This document shows, in pieces, positions 9,973 through 18,960 of a DNA stretch of 64,000 bases. Position 1 is the stretch's first letter. Every line of letters begins with the position of its first letter. The stretch lies in the NCBI GenBank assembly GCA_035623855.1, contig DASPSQ010000009.1:26413-90412 (forward strand), read 5' to 3'. The notes beneath the pieces were generated by a model, which did not search any database, was not told the DNA's origin, and was given only the letters and a program-made list of their open reading frames with translations. The translations under genes were made by a program, and so were the position numbers. This stretch comes from Thermoplasmata archaeon. GTDB taxonomy: Archaea > Thermoplasmatota > Thermoplasmata > Lutacidiplasmatales > UBA184.

Positions 9973-11166
9973 TCAGTGAGCGACGAGCTCCCGGTAGAGT
10001 TCGAGGTGACGGCGAACGGTCATCGACCAATCGTGGGCTCGAACCCAATCGGACCCGTGACGTACGAGGGCGTGAGTGCCCTCGGGATCCTGCCAGGTCG
10101 CACGCAGTGCGGTCGAAAGTGCCGCGGGGTCCCCGTACGGAACGAGGCGGCCGGCCCGGCCCTGGTCGATCACCTCGGGAATACCTCCGGCCGCGGTCGC
10201 CACGACGGGGGTTCCCGCCGCCAAGGCGTCCAACAGGACCAGCCCGTACGCCTCCCACTCCGACGGGAGTACGAGGGCCCGGGCGTGACGGATGACGCCC
10301 CGGTACTTGGCGGGATCAAGAACCATCCCCAGCCAACGGACGTCCCGATCGATCCCAAGGGACCGGGCCCTCGCTTCGAGAGCGGAGCGTTCCCCCCAAT
10401 CCGGACCCATCATCACCAGCGGGATCCGCTCGGATGCCGGGAGGTGGGCGAGCGCGTCCAGAAGTACTGAAAGTCCTTTGTTGGACGCGATCCGGCCGGC
10501 GTACACGAGGTAGCGTTCCGGCAGCGCAAGATCGTCGGTCCGGTCGGTCGCGGGGTTCGCCCATGCGTCGAGATCGATGCCGGGAGGGATGACCCGGATT
10601 CGATCCCGCGGGGCGAACCCTCGCACGAGGCGGGCCTCGAGTTCCGATTCTGCAACCAGAGCCCGGGCAATCCGGTAGGCAGTCCACCCGAACGCTACGT
10701 CCTCGCACCGGAGGAGGCCTCTCTTGATCGCGGACTCCCGTCGGTCCGCCGGGTGATAGTGCGTCGAGGCTACGAGAGGGGTCCCGGTTCGTCTGGACAC
10801 CGCGGCCGCTTGGAGCACATGGCCGTAGCGATGGGAGTGGACATGGATCACATCGGCTCCGCTTTCCCGGAGCGCGTCGACCAGCCCGACCATGAGGGGG
10901 AGGGAAATCGCGCCCGAACGACCGGCCGCGAGCGGCGCCTCGGCCCGCGGGAACGGTCGCTTCAGCACCGGGAACCTCCGCACAGGGACGCCGTCGACCT
11001 CCGAGCGGAACTCCGTTCCCCGAACCCATCCGGACTCGTCCAGAAGGTCGCTCGCGAAGACCTCCACGTCGACTCCCTGGCTCTTCAGTCGACGCGTCAC
11101 CTCACGAACGGTGGTTTCGACACCCCCGGGGGCGTCGAACCGCAGGGTCACGTGGACGATCTTCAC
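9973..11166 (-). CDS. Glycosyltransferase family 4
   Basis: GTG start VKIVHVTLRFDAPGGVE, GRIASNKG, PSEWEAYGLVLLDALAAGTPVV. Confidence 0.9.
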   Translation of the reverse strand: MKIVHVTLRFDAPGGVETTVREVTRRLKSQGVDVEVFASDLLDESGWVRGTEFRSEVDGVPVRRFPVLKRPFPRAEAPLAAGRSGAISLPLMVGLVDALRESGADVIHVHSHRYGHVLQAAAVSRRTGTPLVASTHYHPADRRESAIKRGLLRCEDVAFGWTAYRIARALVAESELEARLVRGFAPRDRIRVIPPGIDLDAWANPATDRTDDLALPERYLVYAGRIASNKGLSVLLDALAHLPASERIPLVMMGPDWGERSALEARARSLGIDRDVRWLGMVLDPAKYRGVIRHARALVLPSEWEAYGLVLLDALAAGTPVVATAAGGIPEVIDQGRAGRLVPYGDPAALSTALRATWQDPEGTHALVRHGSDWVRAHDWSMTVRRHLELYRELVAH

Positions 11167-11647
11167 CGATCGCAATCCCCCCGCGCTGGCGATCGCATCC
11201 CGTGGAATCTCGCCGTTCTCTCGGGAGCGGTGGAGGACGGAACCGCGAACGTGGACATCCCCCAACCCGGGGAATCCCGCAGGCTTCGGCTCCCTCATTA
11301 CCATTGGCGCAGGCGGACGCCGGCGACCTGGAATGGCGCGGCACCCGCGAACCCCGACGACGACCTCGAGGTCTTCCAGGATCGAGACTCCCGATCTTGA
11401 CCCGGGTCCGGGGCTGCAGAATTTCCTACGGCTCGAGGAGAAGGGGACGAAAAGGGCCATCTACTGCCCACCCGTTTACGGTCGGCAAGGGTGGTGAGCC
11501 GGACGAGGATCGGTGCGGTAGAACCGTGGGCGTCTTTGGATGCCCGACGGGAAGCCCGGCGGAGTGGATCGTGCTAGCCCGCCTGGTAGGGTACGTCTTT
11601 CGAGTCGTGGCGCGATTCACCCCGGGAGACGCGGGGCGGGATCTGGA

Positions 11648-12847
11648 TCACGTCGGGGCGGAGCTAATCCGGCTGGAGCGTGGACCGGTTCCGCCCGCGA
11701 GGACCTCTCGGTAGAGGGCTCGGAACCGCTCCGCGGAGCGGGACCAGTCGAGTTGCTGGGCTTTCGTCCAACCGACTTCCACGCGACGGTGGGCGCCCTC
11801 GGGATCCGTGAGAACCGACTGCATCGCCCCCGCGAGCGCACGAGGGTCGCCGTAGGGTACCAAGAGTCCCGCCGCCCCTTGTTCCAGCACCTCGGGGATC
11901 GCCCCGACCCGGGTCGCGACGATCGGGGTCCGAGCGGCCATGGCTTCGAGCAGGACGAATCCGTAGGCCTCCCATTCGGAGGGCAGGACGAGCGCCCGGG
12001 CTCGTCGGATCACCGCCCGGTACGCGCGACGTTCCGGGACGTAGCCGATCCACCGGAGCATCCCGTGCACCCCCCGACGGCGTGCGAGATCCTCCAGGGA
12101 CGCCCGCTCCCCCCAGTCCGAGCCCAGCAGGACGAGAGGTCGACGGTACGGTTCAGGGGTCTCCGCGATCGCCTCGACGAGGCTCGGCAGCCCCTTGTTG
12201 GAGGCGATCCGCCCGGCGAACACGAAGTACTCGGGCGGGAGCTCGAGCTCGTCGGCTCGATCCCCCCCGGGGTCGGCCCACTCGGCGAGGTCGACCCCGG
12301 GGGGGATGATCCGGATTCGGTCCGCAGGTGCGAACTCTCGTACAAGACGGGCTTCGAACTCGGACTGGACGACGATCGCATCGGCGACTCGGTAGGCCGT
12401 CATCCCGAAGCCCACGTCGTTGAGACGAAGGAGCGCACGATTGCGGCTGGACTCGCGCCGATCCGCCGGGTGGTACGAAGTGGAGACCACCAGCGGGATG
12501 TGAAGACGCCGGGCGACCGCCGTGGCTTGAAGGACGTGGCCGTACCGGTGCGAGTGGGCGTGGATCACGTCGGCCCCGGAATTCGCGAGTGCGTCGATCA
12601 GGCCGACCATCATCGGCATCGTGAGGACCGGCACGAGCCTCTTCCGGACCGGGAACCGCCGGACCGGCACGCCGTCGACCTCCGCAGGGAAGTTCGATCG
12701 TCGGTCCCAGCCCGCCTCGTCGTAGAGGTCGCTTGCGAACACCTCCACGTCGTCTCCGGCGGCCCGGAGCCTCCGGGAAAGTTCGCGAACATTCGTCTCG
12801 ACCCCCCCCGGCGCGTCGAAGCGGAGCGTGACGTGCACGATCTTCAA
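11648..12847 (-). CDS. Glycosyltransferase family 4 (close paralog of 9973-11166)
   Basis: KIVHVTLRFDAPGGVE, GRIASNKG, PSEWEAYGFVLLEAMAA. Confidence 0.9.
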   Translation of the reverse strand: MKIVHVTLRFDAPGGVETNVRELSRRLRAAGDDVEVFASDLYDEAGWDRRSNFPAEVDGVPVRRFPVRKRLVPVLTMPMMVGLIDALANSGADVIHAHSHRYGHVLQATAVARRLHIPLVVSTSYHPADRRESSRNRALLRLNDVGFGMTAYRVADAIVVQSEFEARLVREFAPADRIRIIPPGVDLAEWADPGGDRADELELPPEYFVFAGRIASNKGLPSLVEAIAETPEPYRRPLVLLGSDWGERASLEDLARRRGVHGMLRWIGYVPERRAYRAVIRRARALVLPSEWEAYGFVLLEAMAARTPIVATRVGAIPEVLEQGAAGLLVPYGDPRALAGAMQSVLTDPEGAHRRVEVGWTKAQQLDWSRSAERFRALYREVLAGGTGPRSSRISSAPT

Positions 12848-14025
12848 TGGGGTTGGACCTCCCGGTAGAGTGCATCGAGTCGGTCGGCGAGCGCATCCCA
12901 GCTGAACCGCGGGACGATCGTCTCGCGGCCGTACTCCCCGAGCGCTCGCGCGAGCCCGCGGTCGTTCCAGAGGCGAAGGATCGCCTTGGCGAGAGCCTCC
13001 GGCGAGCGCGGCGGCACAAGGAGTCCCGCCCGTCCATCCTCGACGACCTCGGGGATTCCGCCCACGTGGGTCGCGACCACCGGAGTCCCCTGGGCCAGTG
13101 CCTCCAGGAGCACGAGTCCGAACGCCTCGTATTCGCTCGGCAGAACGAAGAGTCGTGCGTCCCGGTACGCCGCGTCGACGACCGCGGGATTCTCAATGTA
13201 GCCCAGGAGATCGATCCGTCGCTCGAGACCGCGCGCACGGGCCCGTGCGAGGATCGCCTCGCGCATCCCTCCGTCCTCGCCGATCAGGACGAGACGCGCG
13301 GCGGGATCATTCGCCGCCACTTGTACGAACGCGTCCACGAGGTCCAGGAGCCCCTTGTTGGAGGCGAGGCGACCTACGAAGAGCACGTACGGGTCGGAGA
13401 TCCCGAACCGATCCCGGAAGACATCCCGTGCCGCTGGGGGGGAGGATCGAACCCCGTATCCCGGCGGGACGACGACGACGCGGGGAAGGGGGATGCCGAG
13501 CGAGCGCACGAGCCGCTCCTCCTCCCGGGTCTGAACAATGAGCGCGGACGCGTCGCGAACGACGGGACCCGCGAGGTAGCGGTCGTAGAAGCCCCGGAGG
13601 CGATGACGGACCCACCCGCCCTCGATCGACCAGATCGGATGGAAGTGGGCGGTGAGGACGAACGGAGTTCCATGACGTCGGCGATTCCGGCGGGCGACCG
13701 CGACCTGGTTCGTTCCGTACGTGTGAGCATGGACAAGGTCGGGTCGGTCCCGGTCCAGGGCCGCCTCGAGGCCCCGGAAAAATAGGTAGTGGAGCTCCCC
13801 TGGGAACGACCACACCGGTAGTCGGTGGATCTCCCCGAACGAGACGTGTTCCTCGCGCGGAACGTTCGCGGGGAGTCGTTCGAGGGGATACTCGCGATAG
13901 AGCTCGCTCGTGTAGACATCGACACGATGCCCCCGGGTCGCCAGGCGGGGAGCGATCTCGGCGACATGGCGCTCGACACCTCCCGGACCGGGGGGATACC
14001 GTGTGGTGAGTTGAGCGACCTTCAC
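12844..14025 (-). CDS. Glycosyltransferase family 4
   Basis: YPPGPGGVE, VGRLASNKG, PSEYEAFGLVLLEALAQG. Confidence 0.9.
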   Translation of the reverse strand: MKVAQLTTRYPPGPGGVERHVAEIAPRLATRGHRVDVYTSELYREYPLERLPANVPREEHVSFGEIHRLPVWSFPGELHYLFFRGLEAALDRDRPDLVHAHTYGTNQVAVARRNRRRHGTPFVLTAHFHPIWSIEGGWVRHRLRGFYDRYLAGPVVRDASALIVQTREEERLVRSLGIPLPRVVVVPPGYGVRSSPPAARDVFRDRFGISDPYVLFVGRLASNKGLLDLVDAFVQVAANDPAARLVLIGEDGGMREAILARARARGLERRIDLLGYIENPAVVDAAYRDARLFVLPSEYEAFGLVLLEALAQGTPVVATHVGGIPEVVEDGRAGLLVPPRSPEALAKAILRLWNDRGLARALGEYGRETIVPRFSWDALADRLDALYREVQPH

Positions 14026-14201
14026 AGAGGGGCGGTATCGTTTCGCTTACTTGATGACGTGGTCACATTCCGCGGTACGGGGCCACCCACACCGAGGGGT
14101 CGTGGGGAGGTCCATCGGGGGCGGAGGCAGATCTCCCGAGGTCGTCCGGCAAGTGTCGAGAGCACGGTTCCGCCGCAGGCCGCGGTACTGACGGGCACCG
14201 C

Positions 14202-15281
14202 CTAGGACAACGAACGCATCGTCGCGAGTCGCAGCGCATACTTCTTGTAGACCTCGGTCGCCCGGGCCACCGACTCGATCTTGACGTACTCGTTGGCCTG
14301 GTGGGACAGCTCCTCCTCGCCGGAACCGAAGATGACAACGTGCGGGTTCACCTGGGTGTAGTGGACCGCCTCGGAAGCGTGGACGAGGACGGTCGCCTCG
14401 GCCTGCGCGACCTCCCGGAGGAGCCTGACATGCTCGGCGTTGGGGTCGATCTGCACCGCGGGCATCGTGAGGATCCGCCGGAGGGTAAACGGCGTCTTGA
14501 TCCGCCGCAGGTGCTCCTCGATCTCGTGGTACAGCTGGTCGGGGGTGTACGGCGGCGGGAACCGGATGTCGACCTCGGAGGTCGCGCGGTTCGGCACGAC
14601 GTTGAGCCGCGTGCCGCCGTTGAACGTCCCGATGTTCAGCGTGACCGAACCCAGCTCGGGGTGGGCGATCCGCCCCTTGAACGACTCGAGGCCCCGCAAG
14701 ATCCGCATCATCTTCCCGATCGCGTTCTCGCCGAGGTGAGGCATCGCGCCGTGTGCGGCCTTCCCGCGGGTCTCGATCGCCAGGTCGAGGACGCCCTTCT
14801 CGGCGTACGCCACCCTCAATCCCGTGGGCTCGCCGACGACGACGGCCTTCGCCCGTCGGAGGGGGAGCGTCTTCGATAGCGCCATCGCGCCCTGCATGCT
14901 CGTCTCTTCATCGGTCGTGAAGGCGAGGACCACGGGGACCTTCCGGGCCACGAGATCTTGCGCCGCCTCGAGCATCGCGATGATCGTCCCCTTCATGTCG
15001 GCCGCACCGCGGCCGTACATCCGTCCGCTGGCGAGCTGGCTCTGGGAAAAGCTCCAGTAGTCACCGACCGGAGGGGTGTCGAGATGTCCGGACAGGACCA
15101 CCCCGCCCTGGCCATACTCCGCGAGAAGCGCGGGGGCCTGCGAGTCTCCAAAGAGGGTGTTTCGCATATGGATCTGGTCGGTGAAAGTCTGGACGTAGTC
15201 GAGGACCTCTTGCTTGTCCGAGAACGGATCGCTCGAGATCTTGATCAACTCGGCGAGCATGTCCACCATCTGTCGCTTCAT
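14202..15281 (-). CDS. M20 family metallopeptidase/deacylase (ArgE/DapE-like)
   Basis: SGHLDT, GRGAADMKG, DEE, GEPT, GKAAHGA, HQANE. Confidence 0.85.
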   Translation of the reverse strand: MKRQMVDMLAELIKISSDPFSDKQEVLDYVQTFTDQIHMRNTLFGDSQAPALLAEYGQGGVVLSGHLDTPPVGDYWSFSQSQLASGRMYGRGAADMKGTIIAMLEAAQDLVARKVPVVLAFTTDEETSMQGAMALSKTLPLRRAKAVVVGEPTGLRVAYAEKGVLDLAIETRGKAAHGAMPHLGENAIGKMMRILRGLESFKGRIAHPELGSVTLNIGTFNGGTRLNVVPNRATSEVDIRFPPPYTPDQLYHEIEEHLRRIKTPFTLRRILTMPAVQIDPNAEHVRLLREVAQAEATVLVHASEAVHYTQVNPHVVIFGSGEEELSHQANEYVKIESVARATEVYKKYALRLATMRSLS

Positions 15282-15357
15282 CGAGTGCAAACCCTCGTAC
15301 GGCCCGGTGTCCGGTCGGGTCGATCCCCGAACTTCTCGCCGTACGCCCCGGCGACCC

Positions 15358-16248
15358 TTAATCGTTCGGGTCGAGGCTCGAACGTCGGACGGCCGACCGA
15401 GTGCGGACCAGGGCCCGGGAGTATCCGTCCGGCGAGCCCACCGATTGCCAGGCTCCCAGCTTCGGATCGAGAACGAGCGCCACGACCCGTGCTCCGTCGT
15501 CGATCAACTGGCGAATCCCGTCAGTGACCTCGAGCTCCGAGGGGTGCTGCGCCCGCCGGTGGGCCCCGAGGGCCGGGATCAGCGCCGGGCCGAAGGCGTA
15601 CACCGCCGTCGCGGCCCAGTGCGAGCGGGGGTGTTCGGGCTTCTCGACCATTCCGGTGACATCGAGTCGTCGAAGTCCGCGGAAGGACCGGGTGGCTCGC
15701 CCCTCCACGACCCCGTACCGCCGGGGCTCAGCGACACGTCGGACGAGGAGGACCGCGTCCGCATCCTCGCTCTCTCGACATTCCGCCATCGTCTCCAGGA
15801 GGGACCCACGGCGGTCTTCGAGGAGGACGGCATCCCCCGCATGGAGGAGGAACGGTCCGTTCCCGACGGATCGACGGGCGCGCAGGACCGCGTCCCCAAA
15901 TCCCGCCGGGGTGGGCTGGACCGCGAAGGTGAGGTGGACCGTTCGGATCGCCGAGTAGAACCGTCGGGTTTCGGTGAGGCGTTCGGCGTGGTCCTGATGT
16001 CGCTCGAGGAACGCCGGATCGACCGTGAAGTAGTTCCGGACGAACACTGCGTCCTTGGGCTGGACGACCAGCGTGATCCGGTCGCACCCTGCACGGATCA
16101 GGGTCTCCACGACGAGGTGAGCGACTGGCTTTAGGATCGGTTGGCCGTTTGCGCTCCGGTCGTACAGCGGAAGGAACTCCTTCCGGAGCCCCCGGGACCA
16201 CGGGAGCATCCGGGTTCCTTCCCCGGCAAGGGTGACAACCCCGAGCAT
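15358..16248 (-). CDS. Sugar-1-phosphate nucleotidyltransferase (GalU/RmlA-like)
   Basis: LAGEGTRMLP..KEFLP, QPTPAGFGDAV, YGVV, VEKP, EVTD. Confidence 0.85.
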   Translation of the reverse strand: MLGVVTLAGEGTRMLPWSRGLRKEFLPLYDRSANGQPILKPVAHLVVETLIRAGCDRITLVVQPKDAVFVRNYFTVDPAFLERHQDHAERLTETRRFYSAIRTVHLTFAVQPTPAGFGDAVLRARRSVGNGPFLLHAGDAVLLEDRRGSLLETMAECRESEDADAVLLVRRVAEPRRYGVVEGRATRSFRGLRRLDVTGMVEKPEHPRSHWAATAVYAFGPALIPALGAHRRAQHPSELEVTDGIRQLIDDGARVVALVLDPKLGAWQSVGSPDGYSRALVRTRSAVRRSSLDPND

Positions 16249-16254
16249 GCACGG

Positions 16255-17505
16255 TTACGCCGTCGGACGCACGGACGCAGGTTCGGTGGGCCGTGCCGGC
16301 GGAGTCGAGGGGGCCGACGGATGCCGTGCTGCGAGCTCCGGGCGGCTGTCCGCGGCCCTCCACTGCACGGTCGGCTGGATGACGTGACGACGCGCCTCGA
16401 GGCGGCGTCGGAACCGCAGCAGATCGTGGAAGATCTCTCGGATGACCTCCTCGAGGTCCCGGGTCCTCTTGTACCCGAGCGCGAGGAGATTGTCGTGAAG
16501 GGGATGGTAGTAGTGTTGCTCTGCCTCGACGCGCGGATCGGGAGGGTGATCGATCGTCGGGTGCAGTCCGAGTTCGCTCGCCACCCGGTGCGTGACCTCG
16601 GCGAGCTCGTTGACCGAGTACGCCGCATCGAATTGGTTGAACACCCGGTACTCCCCCGTCTTCGGAGGGTGTTCGACCGCGATCCGGAGCGACTGCATCG
16701 AGTCCTCGAGCGCGATGAACCCGCGTCGCTGCTCCCCCCGGCCGTACGGAGTGATCGGAAGACCCACGACGGACTGAGCGATGAACCGGTTCAGGGCCGT
16801 TCCCCAGGTCTCGTCAAAATCGAATCGGGTGAGGAGTCGGTCGTCGGTGATCTCCGGGGTACGGATGCCGTAGATGACGCCCTGCATCACGTCCGTGGCC
16901 CGGACGCCCCAGATCCTCGTCGCGAACATCACATCGCCCGAATCGAAGACCTTGCTCCAGTGGTACCAGGACCCCGCCGACCGGGGGAATGGAAGCCGGT
17001 CCTTGCGTCCCCGAAACTCGACGTCGAAGAATCCTTCCGCGATATCGATGTTCGGCGTTCCGTACTCGCCCATCGTTCCCATCTTCACGAGGTGGGTCTC
17101 GGGGGAGCACTCGCGTATCGCGTACAGGAGGTGGAGGGTGCCCGTCAGATTGTCGACCTGGGTCTCGACCGCATGATGCACGTCGATCATCGAGTATGGT
17201 GCGCTCCGCTGCTCGGCCAGATGGACGATGGCATCCGGGCGCTCTTGGTCGAGCACTCGGTGAACGAACTCGTAGTTCGAGAGATCTCCTCGGTGAAAGC
17301 CGATCTCCTTGCCCAGGATCTCCCGGACGGCTGCCTGGCGTCTCGGGAAGGTCGGGATCGGCGTCGCCGACCAGCTTCCGACCTCCCGCACCCGTCGGCG
17401 CGTCACGAAGTTGTCGACACCAACCACTTCGTGACCGCGGCCGAGCAGATGGAGGGCGAGCGGCCAGCCGGAATATCCGTCGATCCCCGTGATCAGGACC
17501 TTCAT
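16255..17505 (-). CDS. sqdB: UDP-sulfoquinovose synthase (SqdB/Agl3)
   Basis: GIDGYSGWPLALHL, HLAEQRSAPYSM, HLVKMGTMGEYGTPNIDIAEG, YHWSKVFDS, QGVIYG, GTALNRF; these motifs are characteristic of SQD1/SqdB. Confidence 0.9.
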   Translation of the reverse strand: MKVLITGIDGYSGWPLALHLLGRGHEVVGVDNFVTRRRVREVGSWSATPIPTFPRRQAAVREILGKEIGFHRGDLSNYEFVHRVLDQERPDAIVHLAEQRSAPYSMIDVHHAVETQVDNLTGTLHLLYAIRECSPETHLVKMGTMGEYGTPNIDIAEGFFDVEFRGRKDRLPFPRSAGSWYHWSKVFDSGDVMFATRIWGVRATDVMQGVIYGIRTPEITDDRLLTRFDFDETWGTALNRFIAQSVVGLPITPYGRGEQRRGFIALEDSMQSLRIAVEHPPKTGEYRVFNQFDAAYSVNELAEVTHRVASELGLHPTIDHPPDPRVEAEQHYYHPLHDNLLALGYKRTRDLEEVIREIFHDLLRFRRRLEARRHVIQPTVQWRAADSRPELAARHPSAPSTPPARPTEPASVRPTA

Positions 17506-17609
17506 CGACTCTCCGTGCCCTCCGTGGCGGCGGACGGGTTTTTATAGGTTGGGCCGTCCCCACTCTCGGAGGAGGAACTTCGTTCCAAAGGGGCATAAGA
17601 TTTGCCCCA

Positions 17610-18416
17610 TTGACCCCTAGGCAGAGTTTCCCACCTTCGATGCAGCCGGCCGAAGTCCGCATCATCGATACCCGCGACGAGCCCCTCAAGGGGGCCATGA
17701 TGGTAGTGGGCTTCCCGACGCACGGGCTCGTCGGGTCGGTGGCGTCCTCGTACCTCGTGCACTCCCTGGACATGACCCTGATCGCGTACATGATCAGCGA
17801 GGACTTTCCGCCGACGGTGATCATGGAAGAGGGCGTGGTCAGCGCGCCGGTCCGGTTCTACGCGAGCCGCCTCGTGTGTGGAGTCGATCGTTCGTGCGAC
17901 CAACTGGTGGTCGTGATCGCGGACATCCAGCCACCCGTCTCCACGCTGAATCAGCTCGGCCGCGTGCTTCTCGATTGGGCGGAGGCGAAGGGGGTCGCGC
18001 TCGTCGTCGCGGTCGAGGGCCAGCCGCTCGAGAGCGAGATCCGGGGGGACGCGCGGGTGGTCGCGATGGCGAACCGCGCGGCTGCGCCGCTGCTGGAGAA
18101 GTACCGGTTCGAGACGGCGAACGGGGTCGTCACCGGACTCGCGGGGGGCCTCCTTCTCGGTGCCATCGGCCGGGGAACGCCGGTGCTCTGTCTCGTGGCT
18201 CAGGCCCACAAGGACTACCCCGACGCCCGCGCCGCGGCGAAGGTGATCGAAACGATCAATCCTCTCGTCCCTCTCCTCGTGCTGGACACGAAGCCGCTCC
18301 GGGACAAGGCCCGGGAGATCGAGGCCGAGGTCCGAAAGACGCTTCAACAGACCCGGGAATCGATGTCCAGCATGCGGGCCGCAGAGCCCGAAGGTCCGGG
18401 TGAGATGTATCGCTGA
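17610..18416 (+). CDS. PAC2 family proteasome assembly chaperone
   Basis: GFPTHGLVGSVAS, FPPTV, PVRFY, GVVTGLAGGLL, YPDARAAA; start may be ATG 17640. Confidence 0.85.
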   Translation: MTPRQSFPPSMQPAEVRIIDTRDEPLKGAMMVVGFPTHGLVGSVASSYLVHSLDMTLIAYMISEDFPPTVIMEEGVVSAPVRFYASRLVCGVDRSCDQLVVVIADIQPPVSTLNQLGRVLLDWAEAKGVALVVAVEGQPLESEIRGDARVVAMANRAAAPLLEKYRFETANGVVTGLAGGLLLGAIGRGTPVLCLVAQAHKDYPDARAAAKVIETINPLVPLLVLDTKPLRDKAREIEAEVRKTLQQTRESMSSMRAAEPEGPGEMYR

Positions 18417-18906
18417 CACGGCTCCCGGGCCCGCGCCGACGGTCCTCCCCGAGTCTCCTCCCCCCGTGACCCTCCGCGGGTTCCGATTCTCCGATGTGCC
18501 GTTCGTCGCCGCGATCGTCGCGGAGGCGCTCCAGGAACATTACGACCCCTCGCTCTATGGCTCTCTGAGCCACGATTGGGCGGACGGGTTCCTCGTGGCC
18601 GCGGACAGCCGCGACGTCCCGATCGGGTTCCTTCTCGGGGTAAGCCAGGTCGAACACGAGGCCCGGATCCTGATGTTCGCCGTCGACCGACATTTCCGCA
18701 TGCAGGGGATTGGGACGCTCCTGATGACCCAGTTCCTGGGCCGATGCCGTGCCCGCGGCTTCCGGAGGGTCACGCTCGAGGTGCGTGTGTCGAACGCGAC
18801 CGCGATTCGGTTCTATGCCCGCTACCAGTTCTCCGTGATCGACCTACTGCGTGCGTACTACTCCGACGGGGAGAACGGGTATCAGATGGCCCGGGAACCC
18901 CCCTAG
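18400..18906 (+). CDS. RimI/Ard1-like N-terminal acetyltransferase (GNAT)
   Basis: FAVDRHFRMQGIG, LEVRVSNATAIRFY, YYSDGENGYQM; start may be GTG 18466. Confidence 0.85.
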   Translation: MRCIADTAPGPAPTVLPESPPPVTLRGFRFSDVPFVAAIVAEALQEHYDPSLYGSLSHDWADGFLVAADSRDVPIGFLLGVSQVEHEARILMFAVDRHFRMQGIGTLLMTQFLGRCRARGFRRVTLEVRVSNATAIRFYARYQFSVIDLLRAYYSDGENGYQMAREPP

Positions 18907-18960
18907 GCAAGGTGCCGGCGCACCGCAGTCTCTAAGTTCTTGATGCTGGGTCCCATCGAC

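Noticed and set aside
11230..11620. Small ORFs between the GT4 paralogs (11230-11400 plus strand; 11426-11620 minus strand)
   Set aside because: No motif or family signal; coding status cannot be supported.
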